From: a virus
DNA length: 29,348 nucleotides
Virus genome (UHGV): UHGV-0299458
Reading direction: 5' to 3' (one strand)
The position numbers and the translations under genes were made by a program. The notes beneath the pieces were generated by a model that did no database searches, had not been told where the DNA came from, and saw only the letters and a list, made by a program, of their open reading frames with translations. This document shows, piece by piece, positions 1 through 9,456 of this stretch (position 1 is the stretch's first letter; each line of letters opens with the position of its first letter).

Positions 1-1349
1 GTCGCTTCATAATCCTTTTTCGCCGCCGCCATCAGCGTGTTGTAATCCGCCTGCAGGATTTTCCCGTCTTTCAGTGCCTTGTTCAGTTCTTCCTGACGGG
101 CGGTATATTTCTCCAGCGGCGTCTGCAGCCGTTCGTAAGCCCTCTGCGCCTCTTCGGTATATTTCAGCCGTGACGCTTCGGTATCGCTCTGCTGCTGCGC
201 ATTTTTGTCCTGTTGAGTCTGCTGCTCAGCCTTCTTTCGGGCGGCTTCAAGCGCAAGACGGGCCTTTTCACGATCATCCCAGTAACGCGCCCGCGCTTCA
301 TCGTTAACAAAATAATCATCCTTGCGCAGATTCCAGATGTCGTCTGCTTTCTTAAACGCAGCCTCTGCCTTAATCAGCATCTCCTGCGCGGTATCAGGAC
401 GACCAATATCCAGCACCGCATCCCACATGGATTTGAATGCCCGCGCTGTCCTGTCTGCCCAGGTCTCCAGCGTGCCCATGTTCTCTTTCAGGCGGCGGGT
501 CTGGTCATCAAACCCTTTCGTTGCGGCCTCGTTCGCAGCCTGCAATGCCCCGGTTTCATCGCCGGAACGCTGCAACTGAGCAACATACGCAATCTGCTCC
601 GCCGTCACGTTATGGAACTGCTTCGCCATCGCAATCAGCCCCGACGTCGGGTCAGTGGTCAGTTTTCCGAAAGCCTCTGCAACCTTGTCCACCTCCACAC
701 CGGATGCAGAAGCAAAACGCGCGACACTCTGGTTGATGGCATCAAACTGTTCACCACCACGCACACCGGCATTCACCATGGCTGCCAGTGACTCACTCGC
801 CTGGTTAAACGTCAGCCCTGCGGCCTGTCCGGCTCTGGAGAGCGTCAGCATGCGATCGGCAGTCAGTCCGGACTGATTACCGGAAAGAACCAGGGTTTTA
901 TTAAACGCTGAAAGCGTGGAATCTCCCTGGTACCAGGCGTACACCAGCGCACCTGTCGCCACCGCCAGCGAGGTGACCCCGACCATCGGCAGGGTGATCG
1001 CACCGGCAAGCCCCCTGAACATGGGGATCATCCCGCCGAAGGAGTCCTTCACCTGACCGCCCTGTTGCAGCAGGATCAGCCAGGGATTCTGACCACCGGC
1101 AAGCTGCGTGGCGATATCCGTAAACTGTGCGGGCAGGGTTCGCATGGCCGCTTTATACTGCCCGACGGAAATCCCTGCTTTTTGTGCAGCCAGCGCCTGG
1201 CGGCTCAGGCCCTGTTCAACAGCACTGGCGGTTTTTCTGGCGTCGGTATCCAGACCTGAAAAATGACGCCTTACCCGGCTCATCTGCTCATCGAAACGGA
1301 CAGCATCCAGACTAAGGTCAATAACAAGATCACCAACCGGCTGGGACAT
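1..1349 (-). CDS. H: Tail tape measure protein H, N-terminal part (gene runs off the left edge of the window)
   Basis: Reverse-strand translation from ATG at 1347-1349 reads MSQPVGDLVIDLSLDAVRFDEQMSRVRRHFSG..., closely matching lambda gpH N-terminus as recalled; frame open to position 1. Confidence 0.9.
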   Translation of the reverse strand, partial: MSQPVGDLVIDLSLDAVRFDEQMSRVRRHFSGLDTDARKTASAVEQGLSRQALAAQKAGISVGQYKAAMRTLPAQFTDIATQLAGGQNPWLILLQQGGQVKDSFGGMIPMFRGLAGAITLPMVGVTSLAVATGALVYAWYQGDSTLSAFNKTLVLSGNQSGLTADRMLTLSRAGQAAGLTFNQASESLAAMVNAGVRGGEQFDAINQSVARFASASGVEVDKVAEAFGKLTTDPTSGLIAMAKQFHNVTAEQIAYVAQLQRSGDETGALQAANEAATKGFDDQTRRLKENMGTLETWADRTARAFKSMWDAVLDIGRPDTAQEMLIKAEAAFKKADDIWNLRKDDYFVNDEARARYWDDREKARLALEAARKKAEQQTQQDKNAQQQSDTEASRLKYTEEAQRAYERLQTPLEKYTARQEELNKALKDGKILQADYNTLMAAAKKDYEA

Positions 1350-2201
1350 ATCTCACACCTCCCGGAATCCCCGCTGAAGCCATCATTAATGCGGCATCAT
1401 CCACCATGACATCCGCCACATCCGCAGACGATAAAATATCGCGCCCTCCGTCCCCACCGAACCGGACGCCTCCGGCAAGTCCTGCCGCTTTCTGCATCAG
1501 CATTTTGTCCTCATCCGGCCTCTCCACCTGTTCTTCCTCATGCCGGGGGACAAGCAGACTGAAATCAGAGGGATGCATATCCGGATCGCAAAAAAACAGG
1601 CTGAGTACAGCGTACGTCAGCCCGGAAAAATGCATATCCAGCTGGGTATCCTGAAAATAATGCGTGCGGTAAAAACGGTGCCAGTCGGCATATTCGGTGG
1701 ATGTCATCCCGGCAAGCATGGCGCGCCAGTCGGGTCTCCCCATCTCACGCGCCAGTCTGAGGGCAAAGTTCAGCTCGCCGTCGAAGACTTTCCCGCAGAA
1801 AAATCATCATCAGTCAGCGTGTTATTTTTCGCCACTTCAGTAATATCAGTATCCGGACGAACAGCTTCGATCATCCCGGACAGGCACAACACCACGTCTT
1901 CCGCCCGGGCAATGGCATCGGCAGGCCAGGTGGTGAGCACTTCCTGCTCTATCTTCATCACGGCCTCATTCATTGACGGTGACTGCGTTTTCTGTGGATG
2001 GTTATGCCACAGGGACATCGCCACCAGAAACGCGCCGGTTCTGACAAGATCTTCCACACTCACCTGCAGGTTGCCGCTGGCTTCAGCCTCTTCTGCCCGC
2101 CGTTTCAGGAGGGCAAGATGCTCAATACGCTGCAGCGCAGACAGCTCAGAAAGCGTGACGGATACACCGTTATATTCAAATTGTTCTGTTTTCAGGAACA
2201 T
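1330..2201 (-). CDS. T: Tail assembly chaperone G-T fusion, made by -1 programmed ribosomal frameshift near the end of G
   Basis: The T-frame ORF (1330..1743) is in the -1 frame relative to G and stays open through the slippery site; the arrangement is identical to lambda G/G-T. The T stop overlaps the H start. Confidence 0.8.
1770..2201 (-). CDS. G: Tail assembly chaperone G
   Basis: 143-aa ORF MFLKTEQFEYNGVSVTLSELSALQRIEHLALLKR... near-identical in pattern to lambda gpG; lies between V and H as in lambda. Confidence 0.92.
   Translation of the reverse strand: MFLKTEQFEYNGVSVTLSELSALQRIEHLALLKRRAEEAEASGNLQVSVEDLVRTGAFLVAMSLWHNHPQKTQSPSMNEAVMKIEQEVLTTWPADAIARAEDVVLCLSGMIEAVRPDTDITEVAKNNTLTDDDFSAGKSSTAS
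1788..1794 (-). promoter_or_regulatory. Slippery heptamer G GGA AAG for the G to G-T -1 frameshift
   Basis: Plus strand reads ctttccc, i.e. GGGAAAG on the coding strand, in codons ...GCG GGA AAG...; same heptamer and position as in lambda G. Confidence 0.8.
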
Positions 2202-2219
2202 CGCTTATCTCTCAGCTCT

Positions 2220-2966
2220 TTAGCCACCCGGCACATTATTAACGGTAATTTCAGCCACCGCAGCAAACTGACCATTACCGGAAATCACAGGGATGCTGAC
2301 TTTTCCATCCTTAACCCCCGTCACAGTAATCGTCATATCTTTCACGCTAATGGTGGCTTTTGATGGATCGGCGGAAATCGCCCTGAATGTCTTATCCGTT
2401 GCATTTTCCGGTTCCACAGTAACGGTCAGGGTGGTTGTTTTCCCTTTTTCAACCGTACCTGTCGGCGTTACCTTAATCGCAGTGACCGGCGTAATTTTGC
2501 TGCGTTCTTCCGCTACAGAAGGTTTACCCACGTTAGTGACTTTCACCGTGCGGGTGATCACTTCTTTCGCCGTCACGGCCTTACCGATACTGCTGACCCA
2601 GCCACGAAACACATCCACCGTGCCATTCGGAAAACGGATTTTATAGGCCCGGACATCGCCGCTTTCAAACCAGCCTATAAGCCCTTTCTGACCTTCCTCT
2701 CCCGGTTTCCAGGCCAGCGTAAAACTGGTATCACCTGCAGATTTCTGCCCCTGCCCGGTCGCGGTCCAGTCCGCGTCTTCATCATCCAGGTAGTTATCAT
2801 CGTAGGGTTCAGCCGTCATCTCGCCCGGCGTCAGATCCTTCACCTTAGCCAGTCGCTGCCAGCCATCGTCTGACAACGGGTTTGCATAAGCATCAGCCTT
2901 GCCGTTGTAAACCCACAGAGTGGTACCGGCACCTTTTACCGGCTCAAGGGGATTTGGTGTTGCCAT
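2220..2966 (-). CDS. V: Major tail tube protein V with C-terminal Ig-like domain
   Basis: 248-aa [39 protein letters not shown]...[41 protein letters not shown] matches lambda gpV; C-terminal Thr/Val-rich Ig-like segment. Confidence 0.93.
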   Translation of the reverse strand: MATPNPLEPVKGAGTTLWVYNGKADAYANPLSDDGWQRLAKVKDLTPGEMTAEPYDDNYLDDEDADWTATGQGQKSAGDTSFTLAWKPGEEGQKGLIGWFESGDVRAYKIRFPNGTVDVFRGWVSSIGKAVTAKEVITRTVKVTNVGKPSVAEERSKITPVTAIKVTPTGTVEKGKTTTLTVTVEPENATDKTFRAISADPSKATISVKDMTITVTGVKDGKVSIPVISGNGQFAAVAEITVNNVPGG

Positions 2967-2973
2967 ATCGTCC

Positions 2974-3369
2974 TCACATCTCGTATGTAATGGAATAAGT
3001 CAGATCTGCAGAACTCCATAACGCCATATCGTCATCACGACGATACTCATAGCCCTGCGTAACCATCGTGGTAATCAGTCCTGCCAGTGCCGGGATCGCG
3101 GTCATCGCCGGGTAAATCCGGCTTTCCATCCACTGATCAAGCTCTGAATCCGGTACCTGTGCCGGTAAAAACACCTCAATATGCAGCGTGGCCCGCCAGG
3201 TATCTGCATCCAGCTCTTCACCGGTATACTCTGCATCCGTCAGATAAACCGCGATCGCAGGAAAATCCTCTTCGTCAAAAACAACGGGGCGACCATCAAA
3301 CAGCGTCGCCCCGTGTTCATGCTGCTCGAGTGCATCCAGCACTGCGGCACGAATGTCAGTGTGTTTCAT
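2974..3369 (-). CDS. U: Tail terminator protein U
   Basis: 131-aa [47 protein letters not shown]...[10 protein letters not shown] matches lambda gpU. Confidence 0.92.
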   Translation of the reverse strand: MKHTDIRAAVLDALEQHEHGATLFDGRPVVFDEEDFPAIAVYLTDAEYTGEELDADTWRATLHIEVFLPAQVPDSELDQWMESRIYPAMTAIPALAGLITTMVTQGYEYRRDDDMALWSSADLTYSITYEM

Positions 3370-3899
3370 CGTTTTATCGCAATCCTCAGTTGTTGTTTCA
3401 GCGCGGATGCCAGTTCTCCGGGCAGGCGTTCACACCGGATACGGTCAACATTCTCATCAAACGCCTGTTTCAGTGGGGCCGCCATCGGGATTTTCACCAC
3501 ATCAATAGGGTAACGGTTTTTCCCGGCCACACGCTGCATGACATGCCAGCGACCGTTTTTTAATCGCTGAATGAATGCCCGCTGATACCGATGCTGACCG
3601 GCTTTAAGTATGCTGTTCGGACGACGGCCCAGCATCCTGATCCCCAGCTTAATCACTGGAAGATCACCGCGGTTAACGATAATTTTTGCGTTCGGATTTC
3701 TGACCGTCGCCCGTTTCAGTCTGGACCGTTCCTTTACCAGTTTCCGGCGTACCTTTGTCTCCCGGGCAACCTGTGATGAAGACTGATTAATCGCCGTTGT
3801 GGCCACGCGGTTAATCGTCATTGCTGAAGCCGCCGGAATGGCGTTTTTACGAACCCGGCTCAGATTATCAATCGCCTGATCAAGCCCTTTTATCGCCAT
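3366..3899 (-). CDS. Z: Tail completion protein Z
   Basis: 177-aa ORF MAIKGLDQAIDNLSRVRKNAIPAASAMTINRVA...RWHVMQRVAGKNRYPIDVVKIPMA matches lambda gpZ; stop overlaps U start. Confidence 0.9.
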   Translation of the reverse strand: MAIKGLDQAIDNLSRVRKNAIPAASAMTINRVATTAINQSSSQVARETKVRRKLVKERSRLKRATVRNPNAKIIVNRGDLPVIKLGIRMLGRRPNSILKAGQHRYQRAFIQRLKNGRWHVMQRVAGKNRYPIDVVKIPMAAPLKQAFDENVDRIRCERLPGELASALKQQLRIAIKR

Positions 3900-3914
3900 A
3901 ATTTCACCCTGCGT

Positions 3915-4268
3915 TTATCGTCGCCGGTTAACAGCGGGTGGTTGCCCACGGTTGAGCCAGAGATAACAGCTGCCCCCGTCATCCGGAGAAACACGATCCA
4001 CCCAGAACATCTCGCCGTTAATGGTCAGCGTGTCACCACGCCGCACGGCACGCACCGTATCCGTCCGCACAAATAATGACGGGCTGCTTCCTTCAATACG
4101 GACCCCGCCACCGGCAAAACCCAGCGACTCCGGATCGTCAAAAACCCCCTGAACTTCGCTTCCACGCTGTGCTCCCGAGGTGAACTGCGCACAGAGCCCC
4201 ATCACTTCAACAATCGTGCTGTCCACCCCGGCAAGGGCAGCATCAAAGGCATTCTGAAAATCACGCAT
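3915..4268 (-). CDS. FII: Head-tail joining protein FII
   Basis: 117-aa ORF with ...GVFDDPESLGFAGGGVRIEGSSPSLFVRTD...FWVDRVSPDDGGSCYLWLNRGQPPAVNRRR matching lambda gpFII. Confidence 0.9.
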   Translation of the reverse strand: MRDFQNAFDAALAGVDSTIVEVMGLCAQFTSGAQRGSEVQGVFDDPESLGFAGGGVRIEGSSPSLFVRTDTVRAVRRGDTLTINGEMFWVDRVSPDDGGSCYLWLNRGQPPAVNRRR

Positions 4269-4644
4269 GCTCAGCCGTTCCGTGCTGTATCATGGCTGTC
4301 GCCAGTGGTGATGGCACCATAACACGCATGCCCCGGTACGTCAGTTCAACGGGACGGCCTGTCTCCGGGCAATACCCCATCACATGCAGGCATTTCCGCA
4401 CACGGACCGCTTTAACATCATCCGTAGCATCAGTGTTGTGCAACTGCTCACCATCGTCTGTGTGATTTTGATCAGCCCCGCTCTCATCAGAGTGCATAAT
4501 GCCCTCCGGGGAAACAGCAAGCTCCTCTTCCCACTCAGACACACGTTGAGCAATATCCGCAGCACTCCCCGACATATCCGCCTCGCGCCCCAGCAGGCCA
4601 GCCAGTTGACGAAGACGATTCAGATTTTCTTCTTTTGTTGCCAT
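4261..4644 (-). CDS. FI: DNA packaging protein FI
   Basis: Position between E and FII as in lambda; acidic protein. Start placed at internal ATG (4642-4644, MATKEENLNRL...) because it has a strong AGGAGG Shine-Dalgarno; the ORF-track start at 4692 is probably an over-extension. Confidence 0.75.
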   Translation of the reverse strand: MATKEENLNRLRQLAGLLGREADMSGSAADIAQRVSEWEEELAVSPEGIMHSDESGADQNHTDDGEQLHNTDATDDVKAVRVRKCLHVMGYCPETGRPVELTYRGMRVMVPSPLATAMIQHGTAEHA

Positions 4645-4695
4645 CTCAGCCTCCTGTGAAAAAAGACACGGGGGCATTTCGCCCCCGCTCACGGA

Positions 4696-5724
4696 TTATT
4701 TCACCTGTACCACCACAAACTCATCCGGATCCGGCAGCACCATCAGCGGTGCGGACTGCGTCATGGTGAATTCACGGGCCGGATCGCCCACAGTCAGCCA
4801 GTGTTTCGGATAACGGGAAGAGGCCACCACACCTTCGGACAACGCCTGCGCATCCTGAATGGCACCATAGCAACGAATGCCCTCTGCTGCCGTATTCCCC
4901 AGGACCAGTGTGCCCTCCGGCAGATAACGTTTTTCGGTACCGTCCTCTGCCACATAAGACGTTTTCGCCACCACAATGGCCAGATCGCCGTAATACCCCT
5001 TGAAGGACACCACCGCCCCCAGGTCTTTCACTGCCGTTTCGAGTTGTGAATTTGAGCCGCGACGGGTATCCAGTTTTTCGCGGAACAGCTTAAAGCCATT
5101 CAGCAGACGCCAGACCGTACCGTCCATAATGGCGATATTCACAAGGCCGCTGGCCTGATCGCAGTAGAGGTCAATATCATGCGTCGGATCAAACGTATCA
5201 CGGTCCTGCTCAGACCATTTTTTACCGTCAGCCTGCTCAATGTTATTTCCTTCAGAGCGCCCGAAATCCACCTCGACAGTATCAAACTGATCCCCTTCCA
5301 TGGTGTATTTGCCATACAGCACGGCATTCACCGCCTGCATTTCTTCCACCTGGACAATGGCGTGCTCTTCCTGTTTGAGGTTATCGGTAATGATACGCAG
5401 ACGACGGTAGGCCGGGTCGTTCAGCTGAGCCGGATCTTCACCAGGAAGGAGCTCAACCGCCTGCTGGTAATTAAATTCGTGTTTGGGCTTGACGTAGCCC
5501 GGACGTAACACGCGGGTTTCACCACCGCGATGGCGAAGCACTTTTCCTTCAACGATCGGGGAGACATAGGCCGCCACCGGCGTTTTTCCGGTAATTTTGT
5601 CCAGCATCACCTCTTCGGTGTGGAAATTCACCGTGCGGCGGAAAAACAGCTCCAGAAACAGCGCACGGAATTTAACTTTTTGTTCGGTATAACCGAGTAA
5701 CTGGCGGGTCGTAAACAATCCCAT
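4696..5724 (-). CDS. E: Major capsid protein E
   Basis: 342-aa ORF MGLFTTRQLLGYTEQKVKFRALFLELFF...KPKHEFNYQ...TGDPAREFTMTQSAPLMVLPDPDEF matches lambda gpE throughout. Confidence 0.95.
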   Translation of the reverse strand: MGLFTTRQLLGYTEQKVKFRALFLELFFRRTVNFHTEEVMLDKITGKTPVAAYVSPIVEGKVLRHRGGETRVLRPGYVKPKHEFNYQQAVELLPGEDPAQLNDPAYRRLRIITDNLKQEEHAIVQVEEMQAVNAVLYGKYTMEGDQFDTVEVDFGRSEGNNIEQADGKKWSEQDRDTFDPTHDIDLYCDQASGLVNIAIMDGTVWRLLNGFKLFREKLDTRRGSNSQLETAVKDLGAVVSFKGYYGDLAIVVAKTSYVAEDGTEKRYLPEGTLVLGNTAAEGIRCYGAIQDAQALSEGVVASSRYPKHWLTVGDPAREFTMTQSAPLMVLPDPDEFVVVQVK

Positions 5725-5781
5725 AAATCAGTTCCTTTCATTAAGAAATCAGTCAGGCCAACGCGGTGGCCTGATAACGTG

Positions 5782-6129
5782 TTACGGCAGCGCCGCGTGA
5801 CTCAGGGCACTGCCGGTAAAGGCGTTGGCCTTTTTGTGTTCATCCACACTTTCAGGCCAGCGGATTGCCTCCGTCGCAAAGGTCCCCGACTTGTAATACG
5901 TCAGCACCGCCTCTGTGCCTTCAAGCGGCAGTACCAGTATGCCAACCGCACTACCGGCTTTCTGTCCGTCCCAGACCACCAGTTTCCCGGTGGCCCCATC
6001 CAGCATCAGGGGTGTCAGTGCCGGTGTTGCCGAGGAAATCCCGCTGCTGCCTGTGGCGGTGTGAGCCGGATCATTACCGGCAAAAATACGTACTTCCGCA
6101 CGCTGTTCAGTGATGGTTTTCGTCACCAT
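5782..6129 (-). CDS. D: Head decoration protein D
   Basis: 115-aa ORF with ...NDPAHTATGSSGISSATPALTPLMLDGATGKLVVWDG...YYKSGTFATEAIRWPE matching lambda gpD. Confidence 0.92.
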   Translation of the reverse strand: MVTKTITEQRAEVRIFAGNDPAHTATGSSGISSATPALTPLMLDGATGKLVVWDGQKAGSAVGILVLPLEGTEAVLTYYKSGTFATEAIRWPESVDEHKKANAFTGSALSHAALP

Positions 6130-6165
6130 ATTGTTAAAACCTCGTATTGATGTTCAGCACTGACT

Positions 6166-6768
6166 TCATGGCATGGCCATGAGCATTTTCACGTCCGCAT
6201 CACCGTCTTCTGACGCCTGTGACACGCCCCCCTGGACCGCAGCCGGTGAATGGTTCGCCATGAAATGTTCAAACAGGGCGGTTGTGGATGCAGAGACCGG
6301 TTCTGCCTTACCTGATCCCGCAGCCAGCACAGCCCGGGCGCTCTCCACAGTCATTCCCGGGCAGGCAGCCAGCTGTTCAGCCTGCGCCTCAGCCCCTTTT
6401 GCCTCATCCAGTGCCATGATCTGATCACGAAGTGAGGGCCCGGCATTCGCCTGCGGTGAAGCAGCCAGGATCGGGCGGGCTTTTTCCACCGTCATCTCCG
6501 GCATCGCCGCCAGCGTTGCTGCCAGTTGTTCACGACCGTTCGCTTCTTCACACGCCATAATGCGATCGGCTTCACTCTGTGCGGATGCCACCGGCTGCTG
6601 CGGTGCCGCCGCGGCCAGAATCGCCCGGGCCTGTTCAACGCTCATGCCCTGTTGCCCTGCCAGCATCGTGGCAAGCTGTTCACGTCCTTTCGCTTCCTGG
6701 CATGTCAGGATCCCCATCACTCGCTGGTTCTCCTGCACGGCGGCTTCCGTTGCAGTTAATTGCGGCAT
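6166..6768 (-). CDS. Nu3: Scaffolding protein Nu3, from an in-frame internal start within C
   Basis: Internal ATG at 6766-6768 (MPQLTATEAAV...) is preceded by a strong AGGAGG Shine-Dalgarno; nested C/Nu3 arrangement is known for lambda. Confidence 0.6.
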   Translation of the reverse strand: MPQLTATEAAVQENQRVMGILTCQEAKGREQLATMLAGQQGMSVEQARAILAAAAPQQPVASAQSEADRIMACEEANGREQLAATLAAMPEMTVEKARPILAASPQANAGPSLRDQIMALDEAKGAEAQAEQLAACPGMTVESARAVLAAGSGKAEPVSASTTALFEHFMANHSPAAVQGGVSQASEDGDADVKMLMAMP

Positions 6769-7671
6769 AGTGCCTCCTCTGACATTACTGTTCAGCGCCG
6801 TGGCCATCACACTGATGGCATCCGACGCATTGATTAATTCATCCGCCAGCCCGGCCTCAATGCCGGACTGACCTTCAAAAACGGCAGCCTCTGTTCCCGT
6901 GACGGCATCAACAGACAGACCGGTATACATCGCCACTTTTTCGGCAAACATCCGGCGCGCCGCATCAATCCGCTGCTGCATGTCCTGGCGAACCTCTGCC
7001 GGCAACGCTTCAAACTGATTGCCATCCACCTTGTGCGCCCCGGCATAAATCAGCGTGATATCCACACCGGCCTGCGCCAGATGACCGGCATAGCTGACAT
7101 GGCTCATCATCACGCCAATGGAGCCGATACGGGATGTCTGGGTAACCAGCCGTCGGGAGCAGGCCGACGCCAGCAGCATGGCTGCAGAACAGGCCGTGTC
7201 ATTACACAGTGCCCAGACCGGCTTCTGCTGCCGGAGGCGGTAAATCATGTCAGCGCAGTCAAACGCGCCGGCGGCCTGCCCGCCCGGACTGTCAATGTCC
7301 AGCAGTATGCCCCGCACCTGGCTATCTGCCATTGCCTGCTGAAGACAGGCGACAATGCCGTCATAGCCAGTCATTCCGGAAAATGGCCGCATCCCCCCCA
7401 GCCGGTGCACCAGCGTGCCGGTCACCGGCAGTACCGCAATACCGTTCACCACCCGGTAAACACGGGCCGGTCGTTTACCTCCGGCCATGTACTCGTCCGT
7501 TTCAGCCAGCATTCCGGGTGCATCAAGCTGTACCTGCTGTTGTGGTACCGAAAGACTTGCTGCCCCCATCTCGCGCCCGAGCGCGCAAAAGAAAACCCGC
7601 GCATAGGCGGGCTCCAGAAGCAGCGGTTCATTGAATGCTGCTGCAATAATGTGTGAAAGATTACGTCTCAC
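6166..7671 (-). CDS. C: Capsid maturation protease / scaffold C (S49-family peptidase domain plus C-terminal scaffold repeats)
   Basis: 501-aa ORF; N-terminal two thirds align with lambda gpC (...FNEPLLLEPAYARVFFCAL...TGSIGVMMSHVSYAG...); C-terminal third carries three tandem ~45-aa repeats; start overlaps B stop. Confidence 0.92.
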   Translation of the reverse strand: MRRNLSHIIAAAFNEPLLLEPAYARVFFCALGREMGAASLSVPQQQVQLDAPGMLAETDEYMAGGKRPARVYRVVNGIAVLPVTGTLVHRLGGMRPFSGMTGYDGIVACLQQAMADSQVRGILLDIDSPGGQAAGAFDCADMIYRLRQQKPVWALCNDTACSAAMLLASACSRRLVTQTSRIGSIGVMMSHVSYAGHLAQAGVDITLIYAGAHKVDGNQFEALPAEVRQDMQQRIDAARRMFAEKVAMYTGLSVDAVTGTEAAVFEGQSGIEAGLADELINASDAISVMATALNSNVRGGTMPQLTATEAAVQENQRVMGILTCQEAKGREQLATMLAGQQGMSVEQARAILAAAAPQQPVASAQSEADRIMACEEANGREQLAATLAAMPEMTVEKARPILAASPQANAGPSLRDQIMALDEAKGAEAQAEQLAACPGMTVESARAVLAAGSGKAEPVSASTTALFEHFMANHSPAAVQGGVSQASEDGDADVKMLMAMP

Positions 7672-9253
7672 GTGGTGTTGTCTCCTCTTCCGGCCTGCGA
7701 CTCTCCGCTATCTGCTGCTGATACGCCTGCGCTATCCACACCGGACGTGAGAGTCCGGCTTTTTCCCGCTCTGCAGATTCCCTGACCTGCTGGCGGAAAA
7801 TGTCCTGATAATCCTCGCCCATCAGCGCCAGCTCTTTCTCATACGTGCTCAGTCCGGCCTCAATGCGCATCACTGATTCCTGAACCTCCTTGAGCCCGTC
7901 AATGGCCATTCTTCCGGCTCCAATCCACTCAGCCCGTGACCAGGCTGATCGCGCCTGATAAAAATCAAAACGTGCCCGTGGCGGACGAATAATCCCCCGA
8001 AGAAGTGCCTCTTCCAGCCAGCAGGAAAACATCTGCGTGGCCAGCCGGGACGCAATAAATTTTCGCCGCCCCATAAAATAGCGCCACGACTCATTGGCGG
8101 AGGCGCGGGCACTTGAGTAACTGACCTTCGAGTAATCACGGGACAACTGTTCGTAGGAAACGCCAAGACCGGCGGCGATATACCGCAGCAGCGCCTGTTC
8201 AAGCGCAGAAAATCCATTGTCTGAATCCTGCGCTGTCTGTAGTTTCAGATCATCACCAGGGAAAAGGTGCGGAATTTTGACACCGCCCAGTGTCACGTTA
8301 TTCGTGTCATACCAGCTGGAGAACTTCTCCAGAATATTAATAAGCGGATTATCCTTCTGCTCCTGTGGCGCGCCGGCGATATATTCAAAGGCCTTTTCGG
8401 TATCAAGTTCACTTTCAATCGTCGCTGCATACATCGCCTTCACTATGGCCGACTGAAGCTGTGTTGCCTGCAGGGAATCGAGCATCTTCAGCCGTTCCAT
8501 GACGCTGTAAAACTGATTAGCCCCACGGGTCTGCCCGTCCTCCACCGGCTCGAAAATATGCAGCATGGCCGGACGCCCGGTGGGAAGTTCACGCGGGATC
8601 CGTTCCCATCGTCCACTACCAGAGAACGGAAAATCATCCTCACAGATATGGTACGCAACGGCACGACCATATCGATCGACCTCCACACCGGCCCGCAGAA
8701 AACGGTTCCCCATACCGTGTCCTGGCGTGTCCACCCGTTTCGGACTCACGGCTTTAAAACGCGTACGGAATAACTGCGTGGTTTCCGTATCCCAGACCGG
8801 CTGCACAAAGATTTCGCCGTTAAACGCATGAACGCCCACACCTTCACGGATAAATTCCGTAAACGTGCGTTTCCCTTCCACGTCGATCTCGCCAAACATC
8901 CCTTCGGCGTATTCCGACCAGGCCGCCTCCACCTCATCGACAAAACTTTTTGCCGCAGTCTCCCGCATCCCCAGCCAGCGCCAGTTCGGACGGTAGCTGA
9001 TCAGAAACATATGCCCGACAATATGATCCTTATGCAGGGCCACCGCATTAGCCGCTATCCCGTTATTGCGCACCAGATCATCTGCCCGGGCATTCCCCAG
9101 ACGCAACGCAGGCAGCAGGGCTGCATCGGCACTCTGCGCTGGTGGCAACCACTCCGCCATTTGCCCGCCAAATCCTGCGCCGCCCCCGTTGTAGCTGAGA
9201 CTCTCACGAAGCGGAACGCCGTTCACATCAATCAGGACAGGCGTTCGTTTCAT
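7661..9253 (-). CDS. B: Portal protein B
   Basis: 530-aa ORF; long stretches identical to lambda gpB as recalled (...FEPVEDGQTRGANQFYSVMERLKMLDSLQATQLQSAIVKAMYAATIESELDT...GAGRMAIDGLKEVQE...). Confidence 0.95.
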   Translation of the reverse strand: MKRTPVLIDVNGVPLRESLSYNGGGAGFGGQMAEWLPPAQSADAALLPALRLGNARADDLVRNNGIAANAVALHKDHIVGHMFLISYRPNWRWLGMRETAAKSFVDEVEAAWSEYAEGMFGEIDVEGKRTFTEFIREGVGVHAFNGEIFVQPVWDTETTQLFRTRFKAVSPKRVDTPGHGMGNRFLRAGVEVDRYGRAVAYHICEDDFPFSGSGRWERIPRELPTGRPAMLHIFEPVEDGQTRGANQFYSVMERLKMLDSLQATQLQSAIVKAMYAATIESELDTEKAFEYIAGAPQEQKDNPLINILEKFSSWYDTNNVTLGGVKIPHLFPGDDLKLQTAQDSDNGFSALEQALLRYIAAGLGVSYEQLSRDYSKVSYSSARASANESWRYFMGRRKFIASRLATQMFSCWLEEALLRGIIRPPRARFDFYQARSAWSRAEWIGAGRMAIDGLKEVQESVMRIEAGLSTYEKELALMGEDYQDIFRQQVRESAEREKAGLSRPVWIAQAYQQQIAESRRPEEETTPRET

Positions 9254-9456
9254 AACCTCACTCCCAGCGGACGACGGCGACGGCGGGTTGTCCCCAGTAC
9301 CAACTCCGCATCATTGATCGCCCGGTTAAGCTCATCCAGAGAGGCCGCCGTATATTCAATTCTTCGTCCATCTTTCTGGACAGACACCACCCGTTTACCG
9401 GTTAATAAATCAAGGCGCGCCTGACGCAGCGCCTGCAGTTCAGCGACTGTAACCAT
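9250..9456 (-). CDS. W: Head-tail connector protein W
   Basis: 68-aa ORF MVTVAELQALRQARLDLLTGKRVVSVQKDGRRIEYTAASLDELNRAI... matches lambda gpW. Confidence 0.9.
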   Translation of the reverse strand: MVTVAELQALRQARLDLLTGKRVVSVQKDGRRIEYTAASLDELNRAINDAELVLGTTRRRRRPLGVRL

